Assembly: GCF_022539665.2 (NCBI RefSeq) | Contig: NC_081332.1 | Coordinates: 4,154,001-4,218,000, forward strand | Direction: 5' to 3' | Length of the DNA: 64,000 nucleotides | Source: Daphnia carinata | Taxonomy: Eukaryota | Shown: piece after piece, positions 24,465 through 35,245 of the stretch | How the letters are laid out: each line of letters opens with the position of its first letter | Position numbering within the stretch: position 1 is the stretch's first letter | Position numbers and translations under genes: made by a program | The notes under the pieces: model-generated | Database searches by the model: none | What the model saw: only the letters and a program-made list of their open reading frames with translations | What the model was told of the DNA's origin: nothing

Positions 24465-27400
24465 ATGTCTGGAAGAGTCAAACGTCAAGGTGGTTCTAGT
24501 GCAGCTCTGGAGCAAGCAACTCTCTCCATCAATGAAAGGATTTTGAAAGAATGTCATACACTCTACACAGATCCTGATAAAGGTATGTACTGCAATATAT
24601 AAATGGCTGGAAAGACATAAAAGAATAAATAGTTAAGTTTGATAGACACATTTGGATTTTATGGTTTGAATAGAAAACTAATATGTAGCATCCTGGACAG
24701 TAGCGTCAGAGTAACATATAGCAAATAACTAGTTCAAAATTGAATAAAGCAACCTGGGGTTGGATAGTAATAATTCTTGAACAACAAAATAGTTGGGTTC
24801 TTTCTATGTGACAAGGATTTCATATCTAACTCTTGCACACAGAATGGTTCATTATACATCCTCTTAACAGAACTGAAATCAGCAAGTTGTTATCATGTAT
24901 ACTACAGATGCTCTTAACCTCTAGGCAAAGGTTTTTAACGCAGGGATACGAAACGGGCATGGAAAGTCGAGGGGAGATTAGACCAACGAAAACAAAATAT
25001 CATATTTCATCACCTTATCTGTTAAATTTCATCCTCATTTATCGGGATTATATTTCTGCATTTTAGAGAGAAAATCAAATATTCTACTTTAGGAAACAAA
25101 GTTTAGTACTTTTATAATAAAGTTATCTTTTTTCTTAGGCCTTGTACGCATTGCTGAAGAAGCCGGTTTGAATTTACTTGCTCCTCGGAAAAAAATCACC
25201 GTAATTCTTATTGGCAACCATTCTGCTGGCAAATCATCGTTTATAAACTGGTAACTATAATCTTTACGAAAGATTATAAACCATCTTTTATACTCTTATT
25301 TCTTTCTTCAAGGTACATCGAAGAACATGTTCAGCGCACAGGTGTGGCCATTGAAACGCAAGGCTTTACCTTCGTTTCGAGCGGACGCAAGCGGGAATCA
25401 CTAACAGTATAATTAATGTGTCACTACCGCCAAAGTTTAAATGATTCAAAATCCATCTTTTCTTAATTTACCAGGGCAATGCCACTCTGCATTCATATCC
25501 GCATTTCAAACCGCTGCAAGAAATCCCTGGTAAGAATTTACAGATAAGGAAAAAGACTCGTCACTTTAAAGGTTCAAGGTAGCACGGGTTAACGACAAAC
25601 TATGTAGACGTTATTGATCGGCAGCATCAACAAGATCCAATTTATTTTGAAAAAAGCAGTGTTAGGATATCTTTTACGGAGGTTGTGGTCGGTGTGCAAC
25701 CGGATCAGTGTTCTTTGGCGGTCTAAGAGGTTTCCTCTGCTATTTCGTTCCTACCGCAAACTTCCAGGACGCAGCTGTTCTGCACTGCGGTGTTATTCCC
25801 TTTTCAACTAAGCACTTCGTTTTGAACCGCCTCGGTACTTCGCTTTATTCAGTAGTCTCTCCCACCCATGCTATATCCACTACATATCCTGACTGTTCGA
25901 TAAACGGTTAGCGCAGTATCGATAGCCCGATCCAATTCCCTTATCAGCAGTAGCCAACCGCTTCCTTTTAGGAAGGGCTTCCTTGCCCTACTCCGCCCAC
26001 CCTCCTCTCCCCTTTTTTTCTTTTCACACGCTGTAGCGGTCCCCACTCCGATTCTCGCTGTACATAGAAGTACTTTATAAATACCAGACCGCTAACCCGA
26101 CTTTATTTCATTCTCTTGCCGACAGCAAAACCGTCAGCTTGGGAAAATGGCTTCTATTTTTCGAGTAACTTTCCTATTCTATCCTAGTAGTTGTTTCATG
26201 TCAAAAGTTTCTGACGTTTTCTTTGAATTACCTTCGTTTTAATGCCCGTTGCAGTGGTAGCAATTGCCTATTTAGTTTGTCCCTGTACAGTGCGGGTCCA
26301 CTTATAGGACCACCCACTTATAGGACCAAACCGGTTATCGGACCGAGGTCAGACTCGCACACTGAGTAGGGGAGCGAGCGCCACTAGGGTGGATGTAATG
26401 AAGCATTTTTTTAGAACCGGGGCGCGCAAAGAGCGTTCCATATAAAGATGTCCCTTCATTGAAAAAGAAGCTGCTTAAAATATGGATGCGTTGCGGTAGA
26501 TGCAATAATATCCGATACTACATTATATGACTTCGTTTCAAAAACTAAAGAAAATTTGTCTTAAGTAGATGCGTATGTTAAACACAAATTTATTATTTGT
26601 CAGCATTGATAAGCTTAATTTTTCTTTAAACAATTTTACGTTATTCTGTTTAACTTCGCTTACGTTTCATGTGTGTTTAAAGTAAAGGTTTCAAATGTAG
26701 ATTTCTTTTTCTCTTTCTATACGAGTAAACGTAGCGTACATTTCAAATGTATTTTTAATTGATCTGTAATTTGCTCGTTACCAAAAAGTTTGCGGCACAG
26801 CGTATAAGCTTAGGTTATATACTATTATTCGTTTCTGTAAGTTAATTCAATTATTATAAAGCTTATCTAGATAAGTAAGTACAGAGAACCAGTCGATACG
26901 AGCAGAGCATTAGGCATTATTATGAATGAGCGCGACGAGATGGCGCTGACCGCAGTCGAGCCGCTTTTCGGACCATCCGCTTATCGGACCACTGCACAGG
27001 GTGGTCCGATAAGTGGAGCCGTACTGTATTGGGTCGGTCCTTCCCGGGGCACCTTGCCGTTAAGTAGTTGAGCACGCGAGCTGCCCAGTGAAGGGCTTTC
27101 CGAATCAAGAGAATGACCACCGTTTCGTTTGAGGCTGTTTTATTCTTGTCATTATTCTTGACACGTTATTATTTGGAAGGCTAAAGTAATGTTGTTGTTT
27201 TTTTGTTTTTTTTCAATTCACGTGTTTTAACAGGTGTGGTGGATTACCTCACTACCGAAATCTCTACTTCTAAGCAGAAGAAATTTAGCCTGGTGACTTT
27301 TGTTGACACTCCCGGCCTGGTTGATGGTGACATGAAATATCCATTCGATGTCAACAAATCAATCGAATGGCTTGGTAAGCTTTGCATTGATGACTTCATT

Positions 27401-28582
27401 TTCCTGCCTGACTAATCACTTGTTTCATTTCATATTTTTTTTTCCAGGCGAACTAGCGGATTTAATCTTTGTTTTCTTTGACCCAATCGGCCAAGCGCTG
27501 TGCAAGCGAACGCTCAATCTCGTTGAGCAGTTGAACATCCGTCACCCAGAACGCCTTCGGTTTTATCTTTCGAAAGCGGATGAAGCTGGAACGGAATCCG
27601 ATAGGCAGAGGTTAGTTTTCTTTTCATTATTCTCTTTAATGCACTGGATAGCGTTAACAAGCTGTATCCTCTTTTTAAAATTGTTATTTATCTAATACTT
27701 ATTTTTAAAAATAAAGAGTCATGATGCAGATCGTTCAGGAATTGTGTAAACGCCCTGGCCTCAACAAAACGGGTTTTGACATGCCCACAATCTATATCCC
27801 TAACCCTAACAAGGTTAAATGGCGTTTTAAATTTAAGCTCGCAGAAAAGATTCTGCTCCTTATTTCTAAGTAATGCTTTTAATCAACAGCTTGTCCGCTG
27901 CGTCAACCAAATCGAGGATGTCTGTAAAGATATTGAAAAGACTATCAACCAGACGATTCAAAATACGCTAAACACGTTGGAGAAAGATTGCGAAAAGATT
28001 GCTCAAATTGTCGATAAGCAGATTGAGGATGATAACAATGCTAAATCGTACAATCTGAGGGCCTCTGGAAAAGGTGAGTGAGCTTAAACTGCAAATTAAA
28101 GAATCCCTTTTTTAAAATGTTTATTTGGCTTTAGGGATTATGTTCATGTTGTTGAGCCTCATCATACCAGTAATGCTCATCATCAATTTTATGGTTTCTA
28201 ACGCATCCCGCGAGTTGCTTGTCTCTTTACTTGGAGAAAATGGTGCCGATATGCTTCGTCTCTACCTGGTAACAGTTTCGTCTTGTTTCATGGCTGAAAT
28301 TCGAGATTTCATTTGTTTTTCTTCTACTAGTCGCCGATTCGTCAGTTTTGGGATCTTGTTCCTGAAGAATCCCATCTGACAACCTTAATGGTTCTCATCG
28401 GCTTGTCATTGGTGCTACTTGGATTGGCTCCTTGGTCAACCCGTCTGAAGCCGACACTTTCACGCAGTCAAAAACGGCGTTTAGCCGATCACCGTGAATT
28501 TGTACAGACGGTTGTCAAAGCTAAAAAGAAGACTCTGTATCAAGACTACCTTCAGCAAAGTGTTGCAGAGCATGATCTTTGA
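24465..28582 (+). CDS. Uncharacterised dynamin/EHD-like P-loop GTPase with coiled coil and two C-terminal transmembrane segments
   Basis: G1 GNHSAGKSS, G3 DTPG, G4-like SKAD; RTGVAIETQGF; hydrophobic segments IMFMLLSLIIPVMLIINF and MVLIGLSLVLLGLAPW; canonical introns. Confidence 0.88.
25615..27163 (-). mobile_element. Solo LTR (~0.8 kb net of the nested MITE) in a GTPase intron
   Basis: TG...CA ends flanked by perfect 6-bp TSD CGTTAT (25609-25614, 27164-27169); TATA-like ~26080 and AATAAA at ~25845 and ~25643 on the minus strand. Confidence 0.75.
26288..27026. mobile_element. Tc1/mariner-pogo-like MITE, 739 bp
   Basis: TA TSD at 26286-87 and 27027-28; 28-bp TIRs CAGTGCGGGTCCACTTATAGGACCACCC / CAGTACGGCTCCACTTATCGGACCACCC (25/28); subterminal CTTAT(A/C)GGACC repeats. 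Confidence 0.9.
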
Positions 28583-29079
28583 ATTTCATCATAGATATTA
28601 TTGTTAACCATAATTGTGGTTGGACAGCTCATCACTAGACTTTGTATTCATCGACCCTCTATGACAGTCTGTGCCTTCCAAAAAATTTTCGTGAACAAAG
28701 GCACATCTTGCATAATATGCGTCATGGTTCCCTTCACTCCTCTTTAGATCGTGCATTCCCCCGAAAATTGTTTTTCCTAAATTTTGAATGCCAATTTATC
28801 CTGTTAGTAAAAAAAAAAGAATGGCCCCTTTATTCCATCAAAACCTTGTGATGTTTAACCACCTATTTTCTTCTGGAGATTGCGATCCCTCTATATCTTG
28901 CGTGAAATACAATTTAGTTGATGCGGTGAAAAAAAAAATAGAATAATGCAAATAATTTTATATCGCGCATTTGTTGGAACGCCCAAGAAAAATGTACAAC
29001 AGGTAAGTGAAACTAACTTTTTAACACATTAAAAGATATAAAAGAAAACACATGAGTTCATTTTTAAAATATTTATAGA

Positions 29080-31140
29080 TCAAGAATAAAAAGTGAGGAC
29101 AGATGTGTGGTTGCCACGGACTAGGAGGAAAGGTGGCATGTTGGCTGTCAGCGTTTCCAACCAACTCATGTAAAGTGGGCCGCTAACTGTTCCTTTTTGT
29201 GGTACCGGCAGCGTCCTGGTAAGGAAATAAAGTTTAATTACTCAATTTGTTTTTGTTTTATGTTTAACTTTCAAAGCAACAACTTACATGACAATGAGAT
29301 TTGCCTGAGTGGAATGCTGCAACAGCAACTCCCTCAACCTCATGAAATTGAAGGTTTTGGGCTTCTCAGCTATCAGCTCCGACTCTTTGATGACTGGTGC
29401 TGATTGTTGGTAAAGGAAAACATTAAAGCAAGTGAATCCTTTAGACATGCTGAACTTATAACTACCATTGCAATTTTGCATGCTGGACTCGTCATCTTTA
29501 CGTACGAATTCGTGCGTCAGAGCGTCGAACCAGGCCTTCGTTTGCGTAGAGGGAGTCTCTGTTAAGTCGGGAATCACGACCACATCCGAAACGAGTATGC
29601 GGAATTTACTCAACAATAGTCGCATGCTGAACGAAATCAAAGATATTTACAATTTATGTGTCTGACACGTTGTTTTATAGATAACGATCGTACCTTTCTT
29701 TCTTGTGGCTTTGCTCCTCATTGACATCTGCCAGGCAGAAAACGCGTAACTTGGAATCGGCCCAGGTAGAACGTGTTGTCAATATGTGGGGCAATAACAT
29801 AGATAGTCCACCGTCATCGTAGAGCCACCACACATCGATGGTGCCCCGTTTTTGCCTCATACGGAAACGATAGATGCTGTTTTGCACATCAGGAGACAAC
29901 TCGTTTCCTTGAGGATCCCTGAGTTTTCACAACGTGAATTATAGTGATACTTTGAAATCAACGTAGCAACTCGTTTGTACTTACTTGAACATAACTCGTG
30001 TTTTCTTCATATGTTTTTTCTGTGCAGCGGAAATGGCATCACCAGACAAAGATATTTCATTAGGCTGTTGGGGTTTCCTATTTTCCACTGACTCGTCTGT
30101 TAGCCCAGTGTCTATGCTTCCGCTAATTACTGTAAAAAGAAAGTTACGAAACCCTGAAGACTGAGTACAGAACATTAAAATAATATTATTACCGAATGGT
30201 TTTGAAGAAAGACTGCCGTCAGGTGAATCTGCAAATGAAGGATTGTCAACGCCTTCGCCATTTGTTTTTTTGCTAGCAGAATTGTTCATGTCGTAGTCCC
30301 GAATAATTCCCTCGTAATCGAGTCCTTCTTGAACGCGAAGAATGGCCACGGCAACGTGCATTTCCAAAGCCGTACTACCGAAATAAGAAAAACAGCAACG
30401 CTTGAGTTTTAGTTAAATTAAACAATCAATAAAGGCTAGTCAACTAACTTGATGGCGACGAAATAGCTTTCAATCTCTTCGTTGTTGCTAGTACGCCACT
30501 CGCTTTGATAGCCAAGCAAAAGGATGTTGGGTCTCATTTTTCCCACTCCTGTAGCCTGTAACAAGGCTCCTACCCCGTTGGCAAACGATAAATTGTCCAC
30601 CAGTGAATAAAATGCCTTTGTCTTGTGGGCTCGAAGCCAGTGCAAGGATTTTTTGATGCGATACGAACGATCCTTATGACTTTGGCGCTCCTAGACAGAA
30701 TAAAAACATGGACACAATCAGAAACTTGGAAATGGCAAAACATAAATACCTTGAGGACATCGCCGCACACCATCAATGAATTGTTTTTACAGAGAAGATA
30801 GGCAAAGTCGACGAGAGAGGGCCTCATGTTGGGAAGCCCAGTCATAACAAGAATTTGTGGCGTGTAAGTCTTAGTGTGATCGTCGATATTGCAAAATTGC
30901 TGAGCATTAGTAAGTGCCGTTTTGTAAACCTGCACCTGTGTCGACGAACCCCAGTTGACGTCTGAAAAAATTAGGCGTTCTCGTGAAACAATGCCACATC
31001 AAAGAGAATAATCAGTACAAGTAAATCCATTACCTGGTTTACGGTATCTGACTATAAAAAAGAAGGTGAACACTAAGGCACATGTCACGAGAGCTGTTGG
31101 CCAACTACACATGGCCGCCACAGAGAGACAACTACAGATC
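29080..31140 (-). pseudogene. 3' half of an SLC12 cation-chloride cotransporter (NKCC-like): last TM helices plus cytosolic C-terminal domain; 5' half absent from the window
   Basis: SWPTAL...[74 protein letters not shown]; exon broken at ~31140 by repeat DNA. Confidence 0.88.
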
Positions 31141-31144
31141 GATT

Positions 31145-31975
31145 TTTAGCCTGGCAAGGCTATTTTTGCCAATTTTAGGCTGGCAAGGCTTTTTTTGGTG
31201 TGCCATTTAGCCCCTTTATAGTACGCATGGCCCTTCTTTTTTCTCTTTTCTTTTCTCTCTTCTTTTTTTCTTTCTTCTTGTTTTCTCTCTTGAAGGCGTA
31301 GAATCTTGCGTCTTGATCTGTTGTAGAAGCTTGCGGAATCCGATGAATCTTGCGTATCTTCAATGAAGATTTGGAGGGAAAGGGAGGGGGGAAATTGGCG
31401 GTGTCGGGACTTGAACCCGGGGCCTTCAGAATGCGAAGCGAAGGTGGTAACCACTGGGCCAGGACCGCACATCTCAAACAAATTTATTTTTCATCGACCT
31501 TCGTTCTAATACCGGAACTATATAATATGTGACTAATAGTAGTATCGCGCTGTGGTAGGGCGCTGTGGTATAGCACTGAGATCATACGTCGACTGTCCGT
31601 GTTCGGTTCTTATAGACGCCATTGCTTCAAAAAATTTTTATTTATTTTTATAAATGTAAATAAAAAAATAAAATAACCCATTTTATTTATTTTAGAACAG
31701 TATTAAATCGAACACATTTTTAAAGTAATTAACCAGTGCCCGTCAAAGCCAAACAAGTTACCAGAAAAATTTAAATTGGCTATGGAAATAAAACCATCGG
31801 ATTGCCCCATCATATTTGTTTAGTTAAGTAATAAAGATATGGTTTTTTCCAAAAATAATTGTCATCGAACTTTCAACGTTATAAAGCCTCAAGAGAATCA
31901 CAGCGTTTCCCAATGAACAGTGTGTTGCTCACCTAGATAACAAAATTGTGTGAGAGGCCTCGGGTTCATCATGTC
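31145..31975. mobile_element. Repeat/transposon fragment interrupting SLC12, with repeated CTGGCAAGGCT subterminal-type motifs and two tRNA-like cassettes
   Basis: CTGGCAAGGCT at ~31151 and ~31180; abrupt junction within an exon; tRNA-like cassettes at 31397-31468(-) and 31559-31610(+). Confidence 0.5.
31397..31468 (-). pseudogene. tRNA-Ala(CGC)-like pseudogene/cassette
   Basis: GCGGTCCTGGCCCAGTGGTTACCACCTTCGCTTCGCATTCTGAAGGCCCCGGGTTCAAGTCCCGACACCGCC: good A/B boxes and TTCGCAT loop, but mispaired D, anticodon and acceptor stems. Confidence 0.6.
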
Positions 31976-32507
31976 GGATGGATGACATGACATTTCTATA
32001 CTTAATGCGGATTCCCCAGACGGTATTTGATATTTTAAAAATTGAAGTGCATATCTGGGCTCCCTTCTTTTCTGTAGCCCCGTTTCCCCTTGACTCATAA
32101 TAAGCCCGTAGTGGGTCATGCCCCTACTGTACGGTATATATAAAAATAACATATACCGAGGTTTGGAGGGCTCTGTGCCGGAAAGGGGACGTGGGGGTCC
32201 GCTTAGTCCGATGATGTGTTCACGGAGGGCGACGTGGCTACCCACAAATCCGAATTAAAGGTTAATCGCTCCAGTAAAAATGTTCCAAATCTTCAGCTCT
32301 TCTTCCGGCTTCTCTTAGTCAATCACCGGGTAATCTCCCTGGTGGGTCAACAAGGCAGTGTCTCCCCCTGCCTGGGTTGATGGCAACTTTGGAAGGGCTA
32401 TTATGCCTTTTTAAAGTTGCAAAAATATTTGTATTGTGCAGAGAATTGTCAATAAATTCTTTTTATAAAATTTTTTTTTGCAAAAGGTTGTTTCTTTCAT
32501 TGTCTGT
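31976..32507 (+). mobile_element. Long transposon arm, copy C (internal fragment)
   Basis: Matches 15810-16337 and 34098-34628. Confidence 0.8.
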
Positions 32508-32510
32508 TTT

Positions 32511-35160
32511 ATCCGTTTTACACAAAAAAAAAAAATGTCGGAAAAAAAAAAATCGCACTTTTTTCTTTTTTTCCGACACGTAGCCATCTACCGCTCAGAC
32601 TCGTTACTGGCGTAGGCAATTTCAGTCCATTGGATGCCATTCGCAGTTAGTTCAGTAGCGTGGATGGAGAATAACGCGTGGCTGGAGGAACAATTGAAAA
32701 ATGGATAAGATAACACAACAAAAGGATGGTAAGTATAAACATTATTATATTGGTTTTCAATTATTAATTATTGTTTATTAGATCAAATTATGAAGCTGCA
32801 GGCCCAATTATTGGAACAACACAAAAAAAAGATAACAGCAAAGCTAAGGATGGTAAGGCCTAATACGTAATGATTCTATTTATTTGCTTTTATTCATTTG
32901 TATTTTGTAGCTCAAATTTTGAGTCTACAAGCTCAGCTAGGGGAAAAGAACAAATTGGAATGGAACAGTTTCCAAACAGTGAAGGAGGTTTTTCCAAACT
33001 CATCCCTAACTGAACATGAGGATGAATTGGCATTAGGCGAACACAGCCAGGTACCTAAACTTTTCAAATAAGAATTCAAAATAAGTATAGAATTTTAACA
33101 AACAATTATTTATTACTTAGTTATTCAGTCTACCACCTGACAGTGTGTTAAAGTTAAATTCTGTTAGTGCTGCACTAAAAGAATTGTTAGTAATAAGTCC
33201 ATGCAGCGAAGGAATTGAACAATTGTGGGACCGTATTTGGGCTGAAAATGGGTGTGGTATGGAAACCCAGAAATAGCACGAGTTCAACATAAAACATGGA
33301 TTAGGTACTTTTCGGTTTTTTGTCTATCGAAACAGTATTTTTAATGCTATTATTTTGCATTCACAGAATTCTAGTGGGGGATCAAGTCAAGTCTAGAAGT
33401 GTTACAGGATGGAAGAGTGAGCCTACAGTTGAAAAACGCTGAAAGTGCATTACCATTAAGGTATGAGGTAAAGTAATAGAGTATGCAAATTGTCTAATGA
33501 GAAGTACCATCTTGTGTGAATGAATCCTGTGTAACAGCAATCCTTTATAGTTCTGTTATAGCTAGAAGCCTCAAATAATTCTGCTTCTCTTGCTAAAGAA
33601 CAACTTGTCCTTTACACTCAGAGTGTTGGTGAAGCTGGGTACTTAAATGGCCCTAAAGATGTTTCACTTCACTGGCATTGCAGCGATGAACATCATACAT
33701 GGACTCTTTAGGTATGAAAGGAATTTTCTTTCAAAAATTTTTGAATTTATGATGAAGCTTTTCTCCTCCTTTTTGCCAACCATGTCTAATCTACAAAAAA
33801 AAATTTATCCAATAGGAAAGGATTTTCAGCATACTGGGAACACAACTATCAACAATGCAATATTCTAGGGGTGTTATTTTATCCTTCAAGAGCCTTATAC
33901 AATGATTTTCATCTACAATTTGTATGGCCTTTCCCGAGCTTCTGCCAGAAGTTGAATCTATGAGTCATGTAAGTCACATGAGCAACAACTGAGATGCTTA
34001 ATGGTGTTGTTTTTCTTTTCTCAGTGTAGGTTAATAGTAACATTGGATCTGAAAAAATTCTTGGTTGGGGCATGACACTGAATAAATTGTAATGATTGGA
34101 TGGATGACATGATATTTCTATACTTCATTCGGATTCCCGAGACGGTATTTGATATTTAAAAAATTGAAGTGCATATCTGGGCTCCCTTCCTTTCCGTAGC
34201 CCCGTTTCCCCTTGACTCGTAATAAGCCCGTAGGGGGTCATGCCCCTACTGTACGGTATATATAAAAATAACATATACCGAGGTTTGGAGGGCTCTGGCC
34301 GGAAAGGGGACGTGGGGGTCCGCTTAGTCCGATGATGTGTTCACGGAGGGCGACGTGGCTATCCACAAATCCGAACTAAAGGTTAATCGCTCCAGTAAAA
34401 ATGTTCCATATCTTCGGCTCTTCTTCCGGCTTCTCTTAGCCAATCACCGGGTAATCTCCCCGGTGGGTCAACAAGGCAGTGTCTCCCCCTGCCTGGGTTG
34501 ACGGCAACTTTTGAAAGGGCCATTGTGCCTTTTTAAAGTTGCAAAAATAATTGTAATGTGCAGAGAATTGTCAATAAAATTTTTTTTATAAAATATTTTT
34601 TGCAAAATTCGTTTCTTTCATTGTCTGTATTCGCTGTGTTCACACGTTACACTTTTTATATTTAGCTTGCTTAATTCACCTTTATTGTTTTTGTCACCTT
34701 TGATGGTAAGCATTGTTTCCATTGGTTTATCGTTTATCTGTAAGTATTATTTATTACACTCTTTGAATTCTTCAACTTAGATTCAAGGAACTATCTGGAT
34801 ATTTTATGAAGTAATGTTGTATTTTGTTTTACTCGTATGGGAACCGATCCCCAAACATTCAGCGTGCAACGCCGATGCTCTAACATTGAGCCACGAGATA
34901 TATCTAAATATTTTATTATCGCATATCATATGTTATCGTCTAGGATGTTTATGCAGTCTTTCACAAGTATATGTTTATCTTTCTATTGCTTTTATAAGGT
35001 TCTTAGTTCTGTGGTAGAGCTTTTATCTGCGATACCTGTTACCCTGGGTTCAAACCTCAGTAGATGGGTAAAAATGAAGTAGAATAATGTAGAAGAGTAT
35101 AATGCAGAATTGCATTTCAGTTTTATAAGTGTAAATGCAAGTCCACAAGTGACTAGAAAA
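32511..35160 (+). mobile_element. Long transposon arm, copy D (terminus clipped by 7 nt)
   Basis: Starts ATCCGTTTTAC...; colinear with copy A, including two tRNA-like cassettes at 34837-34895(-) and 35004-35058(+). Confidence 0.85.
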
Positions 35161-35185
35161 AAAAGCCAACGTAAAATCATATGAT

Positions 35186-35245
35186 TCGTGGCTCATTGGT
35201 AGAGCATCGGCGAGGTATGCCGAACATCCAGGGTTCGATCCCTGG
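35186..35245 (+). other. tRNA-like Pol III cassette at the centre of the D/E inverted repeat
   Basis: TCGTGGCTCATTGGTAGAGCATCGGCGAGGTATGCCGAACATCCAGGGTTCGATCCCTGG: near-consensus A/B boxes, paired TCGGC/GCCGA and CAGGG/CCCTG stems, non-canonical loop, no acceptor stem. Confidence 0.7.

Noticed and set aside
5180..28582. Functional coupling between the VPS11 NPF tail and the nearby EHD-like GTPase
   Set aside because: The GTPase has no EH domain, and proximity in a rearranged eukaryotic region is not evidence
16576..35245. Functional tRNA genes
   Set aside because: Cassettes lack properly paired acceptor stems and most lack a canonical anticodon loop; treated as tRNA-like, not tRNA
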